Assembly: GCF_030028105.1 (NCBI RefSeq)
Contig: NC_092379.1
Coordinates: 63,066,008-63,130,007, forward strand
Length of the DNA stretch: 64,000 bases
Source of the DNA: Mobula birostris
Lineage: Eukaryota
Direction: 5' to 3'
Part shown: positions 1 to 11,137 of the stretch, piece after piece
Position numbering within the stretch: the first letter of the stretch is position 1
Layout of the letters: every line of letters starts with the position of its first letter
Notes under the pieces: generated by a model
What the model was told of the DNA's origin: nothing
What the model saw: only the letters and a program-made list of their open reading frames with translations
The model's database searches: none
Position numbers and translations under genes: made by a program

Positions 1-944
1 AGGGAATTAAATGCAGCATCTCCAAGTTTGTGGATGACAGGAAGCTGGGTGGCAGTGTTAGCTGTGAGGAGGATGCAGAGTGACTTGGATAGGTTGGGTG
101 AGTGGGAAAATTCATGGCAGGTGCAACTTAATGTGGATAAATGTGAAGTTATCCACTTTGGTGGCAAAAATAGGAAAACAGATTATTATCTGAATGGTGG
201 CCGATTAGGAAAAGGGGAGGTGCAAGGAGACCTGGGTATCATTATACATCAGTCATTGAAATTGGGCATGCAGGTACAGCAGGCGGTGAAAAAGGCGAAT
301 GGTATGCTGGCATTTATAGCGAGAGGATTCGAGTACAGGAGCAGGAGGTACTACTGCAGTTGTACAAGGCCTTGGTGAGACCACACCTGGAGTATTGTGT
401 GCAGTTTTGGTCCCCTAATCTGAGGAAAGACATCTTTGCCATAGAGGGAGTACAAAGAAAGTTCACCAGATTGATTCCTGGGATGGCAGGACTTTCATAT
501 GAAGAAAGACTGGATGAACTGGGCTTGTACTCGTTGGAATTTAGAAGATTGAGGGGGGATCTGATTGAAACGTATAAAATCCTAAAGGGATTGGACAGGC
601 TAGATGCAAGAGGATTGTTCCCGATGTTGGGGAAGTCCAGAACGAGGGGCACAGTTTGAGGATAAAGGGGAAGCCTTTTAGGACCGAGATTAGGAAAAAC
701 TTCTTCACACAGAGAGTGGTGAATCTGTGGAATTCTCTGCCACAGGAAACAGTTGAGGCCAGTTCATTGGCCATATTTAAGAGGGAGTTAGATATGGCCC
801 TTGTGGCTACAGGGATCAGGGGGTATGGAGGGAAGGCTGGGGCAGGGTTCTGAGTTGGATGATCAGCCATGATCATAATAAATGGCGGTGCAGGCTCGAG
901 GGGCCGAATGGCCTACTCCTGCACCTATTTTCTATGTTTCTATG
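1..944 (+). mobile_element. CR1 LINE 3' end (RT C-terminus plus 3'UTR), frameshifted
   Basis: ORFs 28..378, 360..659 and 656..853 (KCEVIHFG, YKALVRPHLEYCVQFWSP, NFFTQRVVNLWNSLP). Ends in (TTCTATGT)n-type tail. Confidence 0.92.
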
Positions 945-3900
945 TTTTTTCAGATATATAAAAAGTGAAAGAGAGTTAACAGTGGATCTCAACAAGTGTG
1001 GATCACTGGAAAATAATGCTGGAGAGGTGGTAATATGGAACAAAAAATGGCGGAAGAACTCCAATTATTTTACTTCACTGTGGAAGATTCCAAGAGTATG
1101 CCAGAAATTTGAGAGTGACGGGACAGAAGTAAGTGTAGTTGCTGTTACTAAGGAGAAGGTGCTTGAGAAGCTGAAAGGTCTTAAGGTAAGTATCCTAGAC
1201 TAGAGGACTATACCCCAGGGTTCAGAAAGAGGTAGCCAAAGAGATTGTGGAGGCATTAGTAATGATCACAAGACAAAGGAGCAGAAGTAGGCCATTCGGC
1301 CCATCGAGACTGCTCCACAGCTCCCCCTTGAGCTAAACTATTCACTCATCTGGTTCCAATTTCCGGCTTTTTCCCCATATCCCTTGATACCCTGACCAAT
1401 TAGATACCTGTCAATCTCCTTCTTAAACACCCTCAATGATCCAGCCTCCACAGCTGTATGTGGCAACGAATTCCACAAATCCACGACTCTCTGGCTAAAA
1501 ATATTCTCATCTCTGTTTTAACTGGGTACCCTCTAATTCTAAGACTATGGCCTCTTGTCCTGGGCTTACCTACCAAGGGAAACAACCTTTCCACATCTAC
1601 TCTGTCCAACCCTTTCAACATTTGAAATGTTTCTATGAGATCCCCTCTCATTCTTCTATACTCTAATGAATACAATCCAAGAGCCGACACTCCTCATATG
1701 TTAGCCCCTGCATTCCAGGAATCATCCTCATAAATCTTCTCTGAACTCTCTCCAACATCAATACATCCTTTCTAAGATTGGGGGCCCAAAACTGCACACA
1801 GTATTCCAAATGAGGTCTCACTAATGCCCCAAGAGCCTCATCAACACCTCCTTACTCTTATACAGTATTCCTCTTGAAATGAATGCCAACGTAGCATTCG
1901 CTTTCCTTACCGCCAATCCAACCTGGTGGTTAACCTTTAGGGTATCCTGCACGAGGACCCCCAAGTCCCTTTGCACTTCTGATTTTTGAACTTTCTCCCC
2001 ATCTAAATAATAATCTGCCCAATTATTTCTTCTTCCGAAATGAACAACAGTACATTTGTCAACGTTGTATCTCATCTGCCATTTCTTTGCCCACTCTCCT
2101 AAACTGACTAAGTCTCTCTGCAACCTTTCCGTTTCTTCAGCATTTCCTGCTCCTCCACCTATCTTGGTGTCATCCGCAAACTTAGCCACAAAACCATTTA
2201 ATCCATAATCCAAATCATCGATATACATCGTAAAAAGAAGCGGCCCCAACACCGACCCCTGCGGAACACCACTAGTAACTGGCAACCAATCAGAATAGGA
2301 TCCCTTTATTCCCACCCTTTGCTTTCTGCCTATCAGCCAATGCTCCACCCATTCTAATATCTTTCCTATAATTCCATGGGCTCTCATCTTATTAAGCAGC
2401 CTCATATGCGGCACCTTATCGAAGGCCTTTTGAAAATCCAAATACACAACATCCACAGCCTCTCCCTTGTCAATCTTATTCAAGATTACCTCAAAAAATT
2501 CCAATAGGTTGGTGAGGCAGGATCTTCCCTTCATGAAACCATGCTGGCTTCGGCCCATCTTGTCATGCACCTCGAGGTATTTTATAACCTCGTCCTTGAG
2601 GATTGACTCCAATATCTTTCCAACTACCAATGTCAGACTAATAGGTCTGTAATTTTCTTTTTGCTGCCTCCTTCTTTTCTTAAATAGCAGAACTACATTT
2701 GCGACCTTCAAGTCCTCTGGAACCATGCCAGAGTCTGTTGATTCCTGGAAGATCATTTCCAATGCTTCCACAATCTCCAAAGCCACCTCCTTCAGAACCC
2801 TTGGGTGCACCTCATCCGGACCGGGAGACGTACCTATTCTTAGTCCACTTAGCTTCCCAAGCACTTTCTCTCTAGTAATCTTGACTGTACCTAATTCTAT
2901 TCCCTGATACCTCTGGCTATCAGGTATATTGCTCATGTCTTCCACTGTGAAGACTAATGCAAAATACTCATTCAGTTCCTCCGCCATCTCCTTGTTATCC
3001 ATTATAGTTTCTCCAGCATCACTTTCAATCGGTCCCGTATCTACCCTTGTCACTCTTTTACTCTTCATATACTTAAAAAAAAATCTCTTAGTATCCTTTT
3101 TTATGTTAATCACCAACTTCCTTTCATAATTCTTCTTTCCTAATGACTTTCTTAGTTTCCTTCTGTCAGTTTTTAAAAGTCTTTCAGTCCTCATTTTTCC
3201 CACTAATTTTTGCTTCCTTGTACGCCGTTTCTTTTGCTTTTATTTTTGCCTTAACCTCTCTCGTTAGCCACATTTGTGCCATTTTTCCATTCATGATTTT
3301 CCTTTTTCTTGGAATATATTTTTCCTGCATTTTCCTTATTTCTTGTAGGGATTTCATCCAATTTTGCTCTGCCGTCCCTCCATTTAGCTTACTTTTCCAA
3401 TCGACTTGGGCCAGTTCCTCTCTCATACCACTGTAATTTCCCCTGTTCCACTGAAATATCGATACACCTGATACCAGCTTCTCCTTTTCAGATTTGAAAC
3501 TGAACTCAGTCATATTATGATCACTACTTCCAAGGGGTTCCTTTACCTCCAGCTCCCTAATCGCCTCAGGTTCGTTACACAACACCCAATCCAAAACAGC
3601 CAGTCCCCTGGTGGGCTTCTGGACAAGTGGCTTCAAAAAGCCATCCTGTAGGCATTCTACAAACTCCCTCTCCTGAGATCCATTACCTTCCCGACTTTCC
3701 CAATCCACTTTCATATTAAAATCCCCCATAATTATCTTGACATTTTCCTTCTGACACGCTTTTTCTATTTCCAGCTGCAACTTGTAGTCCCCATCCTGGC
3801 TGCTGTTTGGAGGCCTGTATATAACTGCTATTAGTGTCTTTTTACTTTGCCATTTCTTAATTCTACCCATAAGGATTCTACCTCTTCTGATCCCATGTCC

Positions 3901-5770
3901 CTTCTTTCTAGTGATTTGATATTGTTACTTACCATCAGGGCCACACCACCCCCTTTACCTACCTTCCTATCCTTCCTATACACTGTGTATCCTGGGATAT
4001 TCAGCTCCCAATCACATCCATCATTTAGCCATGACTCGGTGATGGCCACAATGTCATATCTTTTAACCTACAGCTGTGCAGCAAGGTCATCCGCTTTATT
4101 TCTAACGCTCCGTGCATTTAAGTACAGTACATTTAGATCAGTATCTGTTGCCGATTTTGCTATATTTCTATTTTGCAGCAAATTATCCTGTATATTCTCC
4201 GGCCTGTCCTTCTTGCCATCTTTGCTGCACAGTATTTTTGACTTATTTCTATTTTCCTTTTCCTCGACCCTAACACCTTGGTTTCTTTCCCCTTGCCAAC
4301 TTAGTTTAAACCCTCCCTAACAGCTATATTAAACAATCCCGCCAGGATATTAGTACCTTTTGAGTTCAGGTGTAATCCACCTTTTTTGTATAAGTCATAC
4401 CTCCCCCAAAATAGATCCCAATGATTCAAGAATTTGAAGCCCTGCCACCTGCACCAGTTACTTAGCCACACATTCATCTGCTTAATTCTGCTATTCTTAC
4501 CATCATTAGCGCGCAGCTCAGGCAGCAATCCTGATATTATTACTCTGGAGGTCCGGCTTTTCAATTCTCTTCCTAGCTCCCAGTCATCTTTCTTCAGGAC
4601 CTCCTCTCTTTTTCTGTCTATGTCATTGGTACCAACATGTACCAAGACTTCCGGCTGCTTGCCCTCTCTCCTCAGAATACTCTGGACTCGATTTGAGACA
4701 TCCCATACCTTGGCACCAGGGAAGCAACACACCATCCGGGTATCCTTGTCCGGCTCGCAGAATCTCTTGTCCGTCCCCCTTACGATGGAATCCCCTATAA
4801 CTACCGCATTTCTTCTTGGTCTCTTGATTTCAGCAGTGGGCAGAATGCCAGAGTCTCATTCACTGTGATCCTCCTCTGTCAAGTCTGCCTCTTCAACGGT
4901 ATCCAAAACGATATATCGATTTCTGAGGGGGACTGTCACAGGGGTGCTATCCACTACCTCTCTATAGGTAGTATCTATCATCTCCTCACTTTCCCTAATT
5001 AGCCAAAATGATCTTTCAAGAATCACTAGATTCTGGAATGGTTCCAGAGGACTAGAAAATTGCAAATGTCAGTCCACTATTTAAGAAGGGAGAATGGGAA
5101 AAGACAAGAAATTATAGGCCAGTTAGCCTGACTTTAGTGGTTGGGAAGACAATGGAGTCCATTATTAAGAAAGAGGTTTCAGGGTACTTGGAAACACAGG
5201 ATAAAATAGGGGTAAGTCAGCATGGTTTTCTTAATGGGAAATCTTGCCTGACACATTGGTTGGAATTCTGTGAGTAAATAACAGGGAGGATAGACAAAGG
5301 AGAGTCTCTCGATGTTTACATGGATTTTCAGTAAGCCTTTGACAGGGTGATGCACTTAAGTCTGCCTACCAAGATAAGAGTCTATAGTATTAGAGGAAAG
5401 ATACAGATGGATAAAAGATTAGCTGTCTGGCAAGAAGCAAGAAGTTGGAATAAAGGATCCTTTTCTGGTTGGCTGCCAGTGATTAGTGGTGTTCCCCAAG
5501 GGTCAGTGTGGGACTGCTTCCTTTTACGTTAAATGTCAATCATTTCAATAACAGAATTGATGGGTTTGTGGTCAAAATGATAGGAGATACAAAGATAGAT
5601 TGAGGTACAGTAGTGCTGAGAAAACAAGGAGTCTGCAGAAGAAATTAGACAGATTAGGAGAATGGATGAAGAAGTGTCAGATGGAATATAATGCAGGGAA
5701 ATTATGGTCATGCAGTACAGTAGAATGAATAAAGCATAGGCTATTTTCTAAACAGAAAAAAATTTGAAAA
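945..5770 (+). mobile_element. Older CR1 ORF2 fragment (945-1267 and 5007-5770) split by a nested CR1
   Basis: FFRYIKSERE...EIVEALVMI resumes at 5007 as IFQESLDSGMVPED. AATGATC is duplicated at 1261-1267 and 5007-5013. Confidence 0.85.
1268..5006 (-). mobile_element. Long CR1 LINE: partial ORF1 with SGNH esterase, APE endonuclease, RT, 3'UTR; disrupted
   Basis: ORF 4301..4735 (FPGAKV, VHVGTND, GLHLN; upstream VIGDS), 3184..4049 (AITESWL, IMGDFN, SDHN), 1821..3203 (YLDFQKAFDKVPH, GVPQGSVLGP, FADDTK). 7-bp TSD AATGATC. Confidence 0.95.
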
Positions 5771-5794
5771 TCTGTCTAATTGCTTCTGCAGACT

Positions 5795-6284
5795 TGTCAA
5801 GGCACTGAAGCACGGATCCAATCGCAGACCCAGTACTGTGTACATCGTGATATTAACTGAGTAATAAATCCCGAGGTGCAAACAAAGTCAGTGTCAAAGC
5901 TCAGGCAGAGATCAAAACATCCAGAGAAATCCAAAAACCAGAATCGGGAAATAGGCCGAGTCAATATTCAGACAGAGTACAGATACTAATGCTGGAAGGG
6001 CTCAGGAAAATTCACTGACACAATCTGGCAACAAACAGGTGAAAACACAAGACTGAAATACACTGAGCAATAAACAGAGAGGCCGATGATAGGTGGAGCA
6101 CAATGAGACACAGGTGGCAGCAATACCGGTAATAATGAGAAACAGGTGAGAGACAGAGTACTCAGATATACAGGGGCTGGAGTAGAGCAGGAGCATGGAC
6201 AGGAGCACATGGCAATACAAAACCACAGACTGACAGCTAGGGGAAAACATACAAAAAGACAGAGTTCAACTGGAGGTTCTGATA
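5795..6284. mobile_element. Solo LTR, about 490 bp, inserted in a CR1 fragment
   Basis: Termini TGTCA...TGATA (decayed TGACA). 5-bp TSD AGACT at 5790-5794 and 6285-6289. CR1 sequence rejoins across it. Confidence 0.75.
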
Positions 6285-6289
6285 AGACT

Positions 6290-8050
6290 CCCTGCTTCCT
6301 CAACATGGGATGACCCTCCACATATCTGTCTATCACCCACAAACCTAGCCACAAAGCCATCAATTTTTTTTATTATTTTGCTTTAATACTATACTTGACG
6401 TCCCTTGTCAGCCAAGGTTGCATCATCCTCCCTTTAGAATACTACTTCTTTGGGATGTTTCTATCCTGCGCCTTCTGAATTGCTCCCAATAACTACAGGC
6501 ATTGCCGTTCTGCCCTCATCCCTGCTAGGATCCTCTTCTAATCAAGTTTGGATAGCTCTTCCCTCATGCCTCTGTAATTAATTCCCTTACTCCACTGCAG
6601 CATTGTCACATCAGACTTTAGCTTCTTCCTCTTAGAATGCAGGATGAATTCTATTATATTATGATCACTCTCCCCTAAAAGATCCTTTACCTAAGCTCCC
6701 TAATCAAATCTTTCATTACAGAACACCCAATCCAAGTTACTCTAAAAAGCCATTTCGTAGGCATTCTACAAAGCCCCTCTCTTGGGATCCAGCACCAACC
6801 TGATTTTCCCAATCTACCTACATATTGAAACCCCCCATGACTATTGTAACACTGCACTTTTACATATCTTTTCTATCTCCCATTGTAATTTGTACCCCAT
6901 ATCCTGGCTACTATTCAGAGGCCTGTATACAAGTCCCATCAGAGTCTTCTTTACCTTTGCAGTTTCTTAATTCTAGCCACAAGGATTCTAATCTTCCCGT
7001 CCAATGTCATCTCTTTCCAAGGATTTGATTTTCCTTACCTACAAATCCTCCCCAGTCTCTCTGCCTATCTGCCTGTCATTCAATACAAGGTATATCCTTG
7101 GATGTTAAGCTCCCAACTATGACCTTCTTTCAGCCATACCTCAGGATACCCATAATCTTATACCAGCCAATCTTTATCTACGATACACAATCATCTACGT
7201 TATTCCATATACTGTATACGATGAAATACACCATCTTCAATCTTGTATTCATCATCCTTTTCGACTTTGCCCCCATGTTCACTTCAATTCATCCCACTGA
7301 CTATAATTTTTGCTTTATCATCTGCCTGTCCTTCCTCACAGTCTCACTGCACACTGCACCTAGTTGTACACCAACTGCTCATCCTCAGCCCTATCATTCT
7401 GGTACCCATCCCCTGCTAATTCATTTTAAACTTTCCCCAACAGCTCTAGGAAACCTGCCCACAAGGTTATTGATCCCCCTTGAATTCAGGTGTAACCCAT
7501 CTTTTTTGTACAGGTCATACCTTCTCCAGATAAGGTCCCAATAATCCAGAAATCTGAAACCCTGCCCTCTGCACCAATACCTCAGCCACACGTTCATCTG
7601 CCAAATCATCCTATTCTTACCCTCATTGGTGCATGGCACATGCAACTATTCAGGAACTACCCTTAAGGTCATGCTTTGCAGTTTTCTCCTATCTCCCTAT
7701 AACGTAGATATTCACTCTACAGTATCTCATCCATTTTCCTACCAATTTGTACCACAACCTCTGGCTATCCACCCTCCCCTTTTAGAACACCATTGACCCG
7801 GTCCAAGACATCCCTGACCCTGGCACCTGGGAGGCAACCCACCATCCGGGTGTCTCTTTCACATTTGTAGAATCTCCTGTCTGCTCCTTTAACTATGGAA
7901 TCCCCCATCACTACTGAGCTCTTCTCCCCCCAGCCCCACACCCTTCCGAGCCACAGAGCCAGACTTAGTGCAGAGATCTGGTCCCCCCCGGTATTTGACT
8001 CTACCCCCACCAGCAGTATCCAAAGCTGTATACTTAATATTATTAAAGCA
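6290..8050 (-). mobile_element. Degraded CR1 (ORF1 esterase, endonuclease and ORF2 pieces)
   Basis: ORFs 7765..8061 (VMGDSIVKG, CLPGARVRDV) and 7421..7645 (DGLHLN). Colinear with the copy at 3300-4900. Confidence 0.85.
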
Positions 8051-8109
8051 GTAATCAGCACAATAAAATTTGGTAATCAGGATAGCCAGGGACATGGTAA
8101 AGGTAGGGT

Positions 8110-8500
8110 AAAGAATACTCAGTTAAACTGCATTTATTTTAATGCACGGGGCTTCACAAGTTAATCAGACAAAGTAAGAGCTTGGGTTGGCTCTGGGGAC
8201 TGGCACGCTGTAGACATAATACAAACATGGCTGAGAGAAGGACAGAACTAGCCTTTCAGGATAAGAGGGGACATAATAGCAGTGTTTAGAAATAATATTC
8301 TTGAAAGATCGTCCACATCACGGCCACATGGGCAAAGCTCAGAAACATGAAGGGGATATTCACTCTGATGGGGCTGTATGGTAGACCATTCCCCCTCCCC
8401 CCAAAGTAAGTGGGAACTTGAGGTTCAGGTGGGTAGAGAAAACACTCATAGCTTCAGAATAATTGGGTTGCATTCATTGTAGATTTTAATTTCCCTGTGC
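8110..8500 (+). mobile_element. CR1 endonuclease N-terminal fragment
   Basis: LNCIYFNARG motif at the end of ORF 7895..8164, followed by decayed TWL and DFNFP motifs. Confidence 0.65.
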
Positions 8501-9289
8501 TTTTTGATTTTAATGGAGGAGACCAGCTGTTCAATTAGTACAAATATGATATCCAGGATATGCAAATAAACGACCAAGAAGCCATTTGATGAAGAGTTGA
8601 TTGTAGAAACAAGACGTTGAGCCAAAATGAGAAAACTGCATCCTCAGTCAAGGAGTTAGGTAAAGATACTAAACTTAGATGGAAAGTGTTAAAGGTTTGC
8701 TTGGATATTCTGAAGAAACTCTGTTTATAAGGAAAGCTTTGGAGTGAGTGGTAGGAATTTTATTATGAGGGATAGAATTCAAAAGGCAGAATTTGTGCAC
8801 TGAGCTTAGGGAAATATTATATAAAAACAGCCCGTCTATCCAGGGTGCATTAATTTCTGATCTGTCAGCCACATTGTACCACTGAAAATTCAAGAGGCTT
8901 GAAATTGAAGATAGACAACATCAAAAGCAAAAGTAACGAGTGGGAAATATTTCACTTAACACTTTTTATAATGCCATTTCATAAAACATCACCCAAGGAA
9001 CTTTTCTGAGTTACAATTAAGAAATGGACATTAAGCCAAAGAATTATTAAGGAGAATGACTGAAACCAGACAGGTGCTCCCCAGGTTATGGCAAGGTTCC
9101 ATACTTGTGAGCTGTCAATAACCCAGAAAGTTGGCATTCCCAATACAGCTAACGAATTCATCCCACCGGTTTCCCAAACTCTTATTTGTATGTTTGAGAT
9201 ATATTTAATTCAGATATTTTTAACATGTGCAATACCTATAGTCAGAGATTATATTAGTGGGCCAAATCTCAAATAATGATGAGTTGTTG

Positions 9290-9930
9290 AGTCAGAGTAA
9301 AGGGAGGAGATAGAGAGCCAAGTGGCCTGATGTCATGACAACCTCCTTTCCTTCAACGTCAGTAAAATGAAAGAGCTGGCCATTGACTTCAGGAAGGAGG
9401 GGAAGAGCACAGGCTCCTATTGAAATCAATGATGATGAGTTCAAGGATGTCGACAGCTTCAAGTTTATGGGGGGTGAAATCACCAGTAGCCTATCTTGCT
9501 CCGTCCATGTAGATACTATAGTCAAAAAGCCTTTTTCCTCAGGGGCTAAAGAAATCTGGCCTGTCCCCTTAGACCCTCACAAATATTTATTGATGTACCA
9601 CAGAAAACATCCTATTCAGATGTATCATGGCTTGGTATCACAACAATTCTGCCTGAGACTGTGATGTGCTGAGGCACGTTCACAGCACGTCATGGAAACC
9701 AGTTTCATCTCCATGAATTCTGCATACACCTTTTGCTGCTATGGCAAAGTAGCTAACATGATCAAAGACCCCTCCCATTGGACAGACGATACAAAAGCCT
9801 GAAAGCATATACCACAGTCTCGAAGACACCTTCTACCCCGCTGTTAATAGATTATATTATAGATGTATGGACCTCCTTTACAATAAGATGGGACAGTTGA
9901 CCTTACAATCTACCTCATAATGACTTGCAC
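9290..9930 (+). mobile_element. Rex1/L2-like LINE 3' fragment
   Basis: Decayed LNVSK.KEL.IDFR and VDSFKFMG motifs shared with the RT at 11302..12438. Confidence 0.7.
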
Positions 9931-9972
9931 TTTAGGAGCAGCTAGGGAGACAGATTCTGGAAAGGTATAATA

Positions 9973-10601
9973 CAGACATCCCACCCTGCAAAAACTCATT
10001 TCAGGGAGGTAGCACCATCAATTTGCGGGAGACTTGCGGGAGAGGTGGGACGTCTGCAATAGAGTAGCACCTTAGCAGCTGGCCAGCTAGCTTAAATAAC
10101 GTTAGCTATGCTAATGAACGAATGACATCTGTTACTCACCTCAACATGTCTTTTACAGTCTTAACCCTCCATGGGCAATAGAAAAGTCACATGTTGCAAA
10201 CAGTGCAGCGAGCAACACTGTCATTATTTTTGACCCCTAATAGGCAGGGGTACACTTTAGTGCAGTCTGGGGTGACGTACGTTTTATATATTTTTTTTGG
10301 AACATTCTACTACTCTGACTTTTTTTGGAACTCTCTCGCTCTCGCGCTCTCTCGCTTGTGGTCGCTCTCACTCGCGCTTGCTTTCTCGCATTCTCACTCT
10401 CACACTCTCTCTCTCATGGTCGCCCTCACTTGCGCTTGCTCGCTCTTGTGCTCGCTCTCTCACTCTCTCTCTCGCACATTCTCTCATGCTCACTCTCAAA
10501 AAAACCAATTTCTGGGACATTGTATATAATTCGCGGGCATCAGGGAGCCACTAGTAATTTGCGGGAGACTCCCGGAACTTCCGGGAGAGGTGAGATGTCT
10601 G
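9973..10601. mobile_element. Non-autonomous DNA transposon (MITE, possibly hAT-like)
   Basis: 13-bp TIRs CAGACATCCCACC and GGTGAGATGTCTG (1 mismatch). Subterminal CGGGAG repeats. Imperfect flanking duplication GTATAATA/GTAATAAT. Internal CT-rich microsatellite. Confidence 0.75.
10330..10497 (+). repeat. Degenerate (CT)n/(CTCG)n microsatellite
   Basis: ctctctcgctctcgcgctctctcgc... seen directly; it produces spurious Leu/Ser-rich ORFs. Confidence 0.9.
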
Positions 10602-11137
10602 GTAATAATAACAGGGTTGTTGTGATGGAACGTCTTAATTTCCCAAATATTGATTGGCATGTCCCTAGAGTGAAGGGTTTAGATGGCGTGGAGTTTGTCA
10701 GGTGTGTTCAAGAAGGTTTCTTGACACAATATGTAGGTAAGCCTACTTGATCTGGTATTGGGAAATGAACCTGGTCAGGTGACAGACCGCTCACTGTGAG
10801 AGCATTTTGGAGTTAGTGATCATAATTCTATCTCCTTTACCAGTGGGTAAAGGAGAGGGATAGGAACAGACAAGTAGGAAAGCATTTAATTGGAGTAAGG
10901 GGAAATATGAGGCAATCAGGCAGGAATTTGGAAGCATAAATTGGAAACAGATGTTCTCAGGGAAATGTATGGAAGAAATGTAGCAAATGTTCAGAGAATG
11001 TTTGCATGGAGTTCTGCATAGGTACGTTCTAATGAGACAGAGAAAGGATGGTAGGGTAGAGGAACCGTGATGTACAAAGGCTGTTTTAAATCTAGTCAAG
11101 AAGAAGAGAAGAGCTTATGAAAGGTTCAAAAAACTAG

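Larger units (their letters stand above)
9931..11137 (+). mobile_element. CR1 endonuclease fragment interrupted by a TIR element
   Basis: NNRVVVM..LNFPNIDW...EFVRCVQEGFLTQYV at the end of ORF 10325..10750, then SDHNSI. Confidence 0.8.

Noticed and set aside
1821-3203. 460-aa RT ORF (and the 378-aa RT at 11302..12438) as a domesticated gene or retron-like system
   Set aside because: Both are embedded in frameshifted LINEs with an endonuclease domain; the CR1 copy also has a tail and TSD. There are no exon signals.
4301-4735. SGNH/GDSL esterase ORF as a host lipase
   Set aside because: It sits in the ORF1 position directly upstream of the CR1 endonuclease and recurs in decayed form at 7421-7900 and 45030-45300.
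8520-8900. Octamer ATGCAAAT and TAAT motifs as an enhancer
   Set aside because: Such motifs recur by chance in this AT-rich window (e.g. near 34571, 35979, 49863). They cannot be supported without conservation data.
10191-10750. Overlapping Leu/Ser-rich ORFs
   Set aside because: They are products of the CT microsatellite plus a CR1 fragment.
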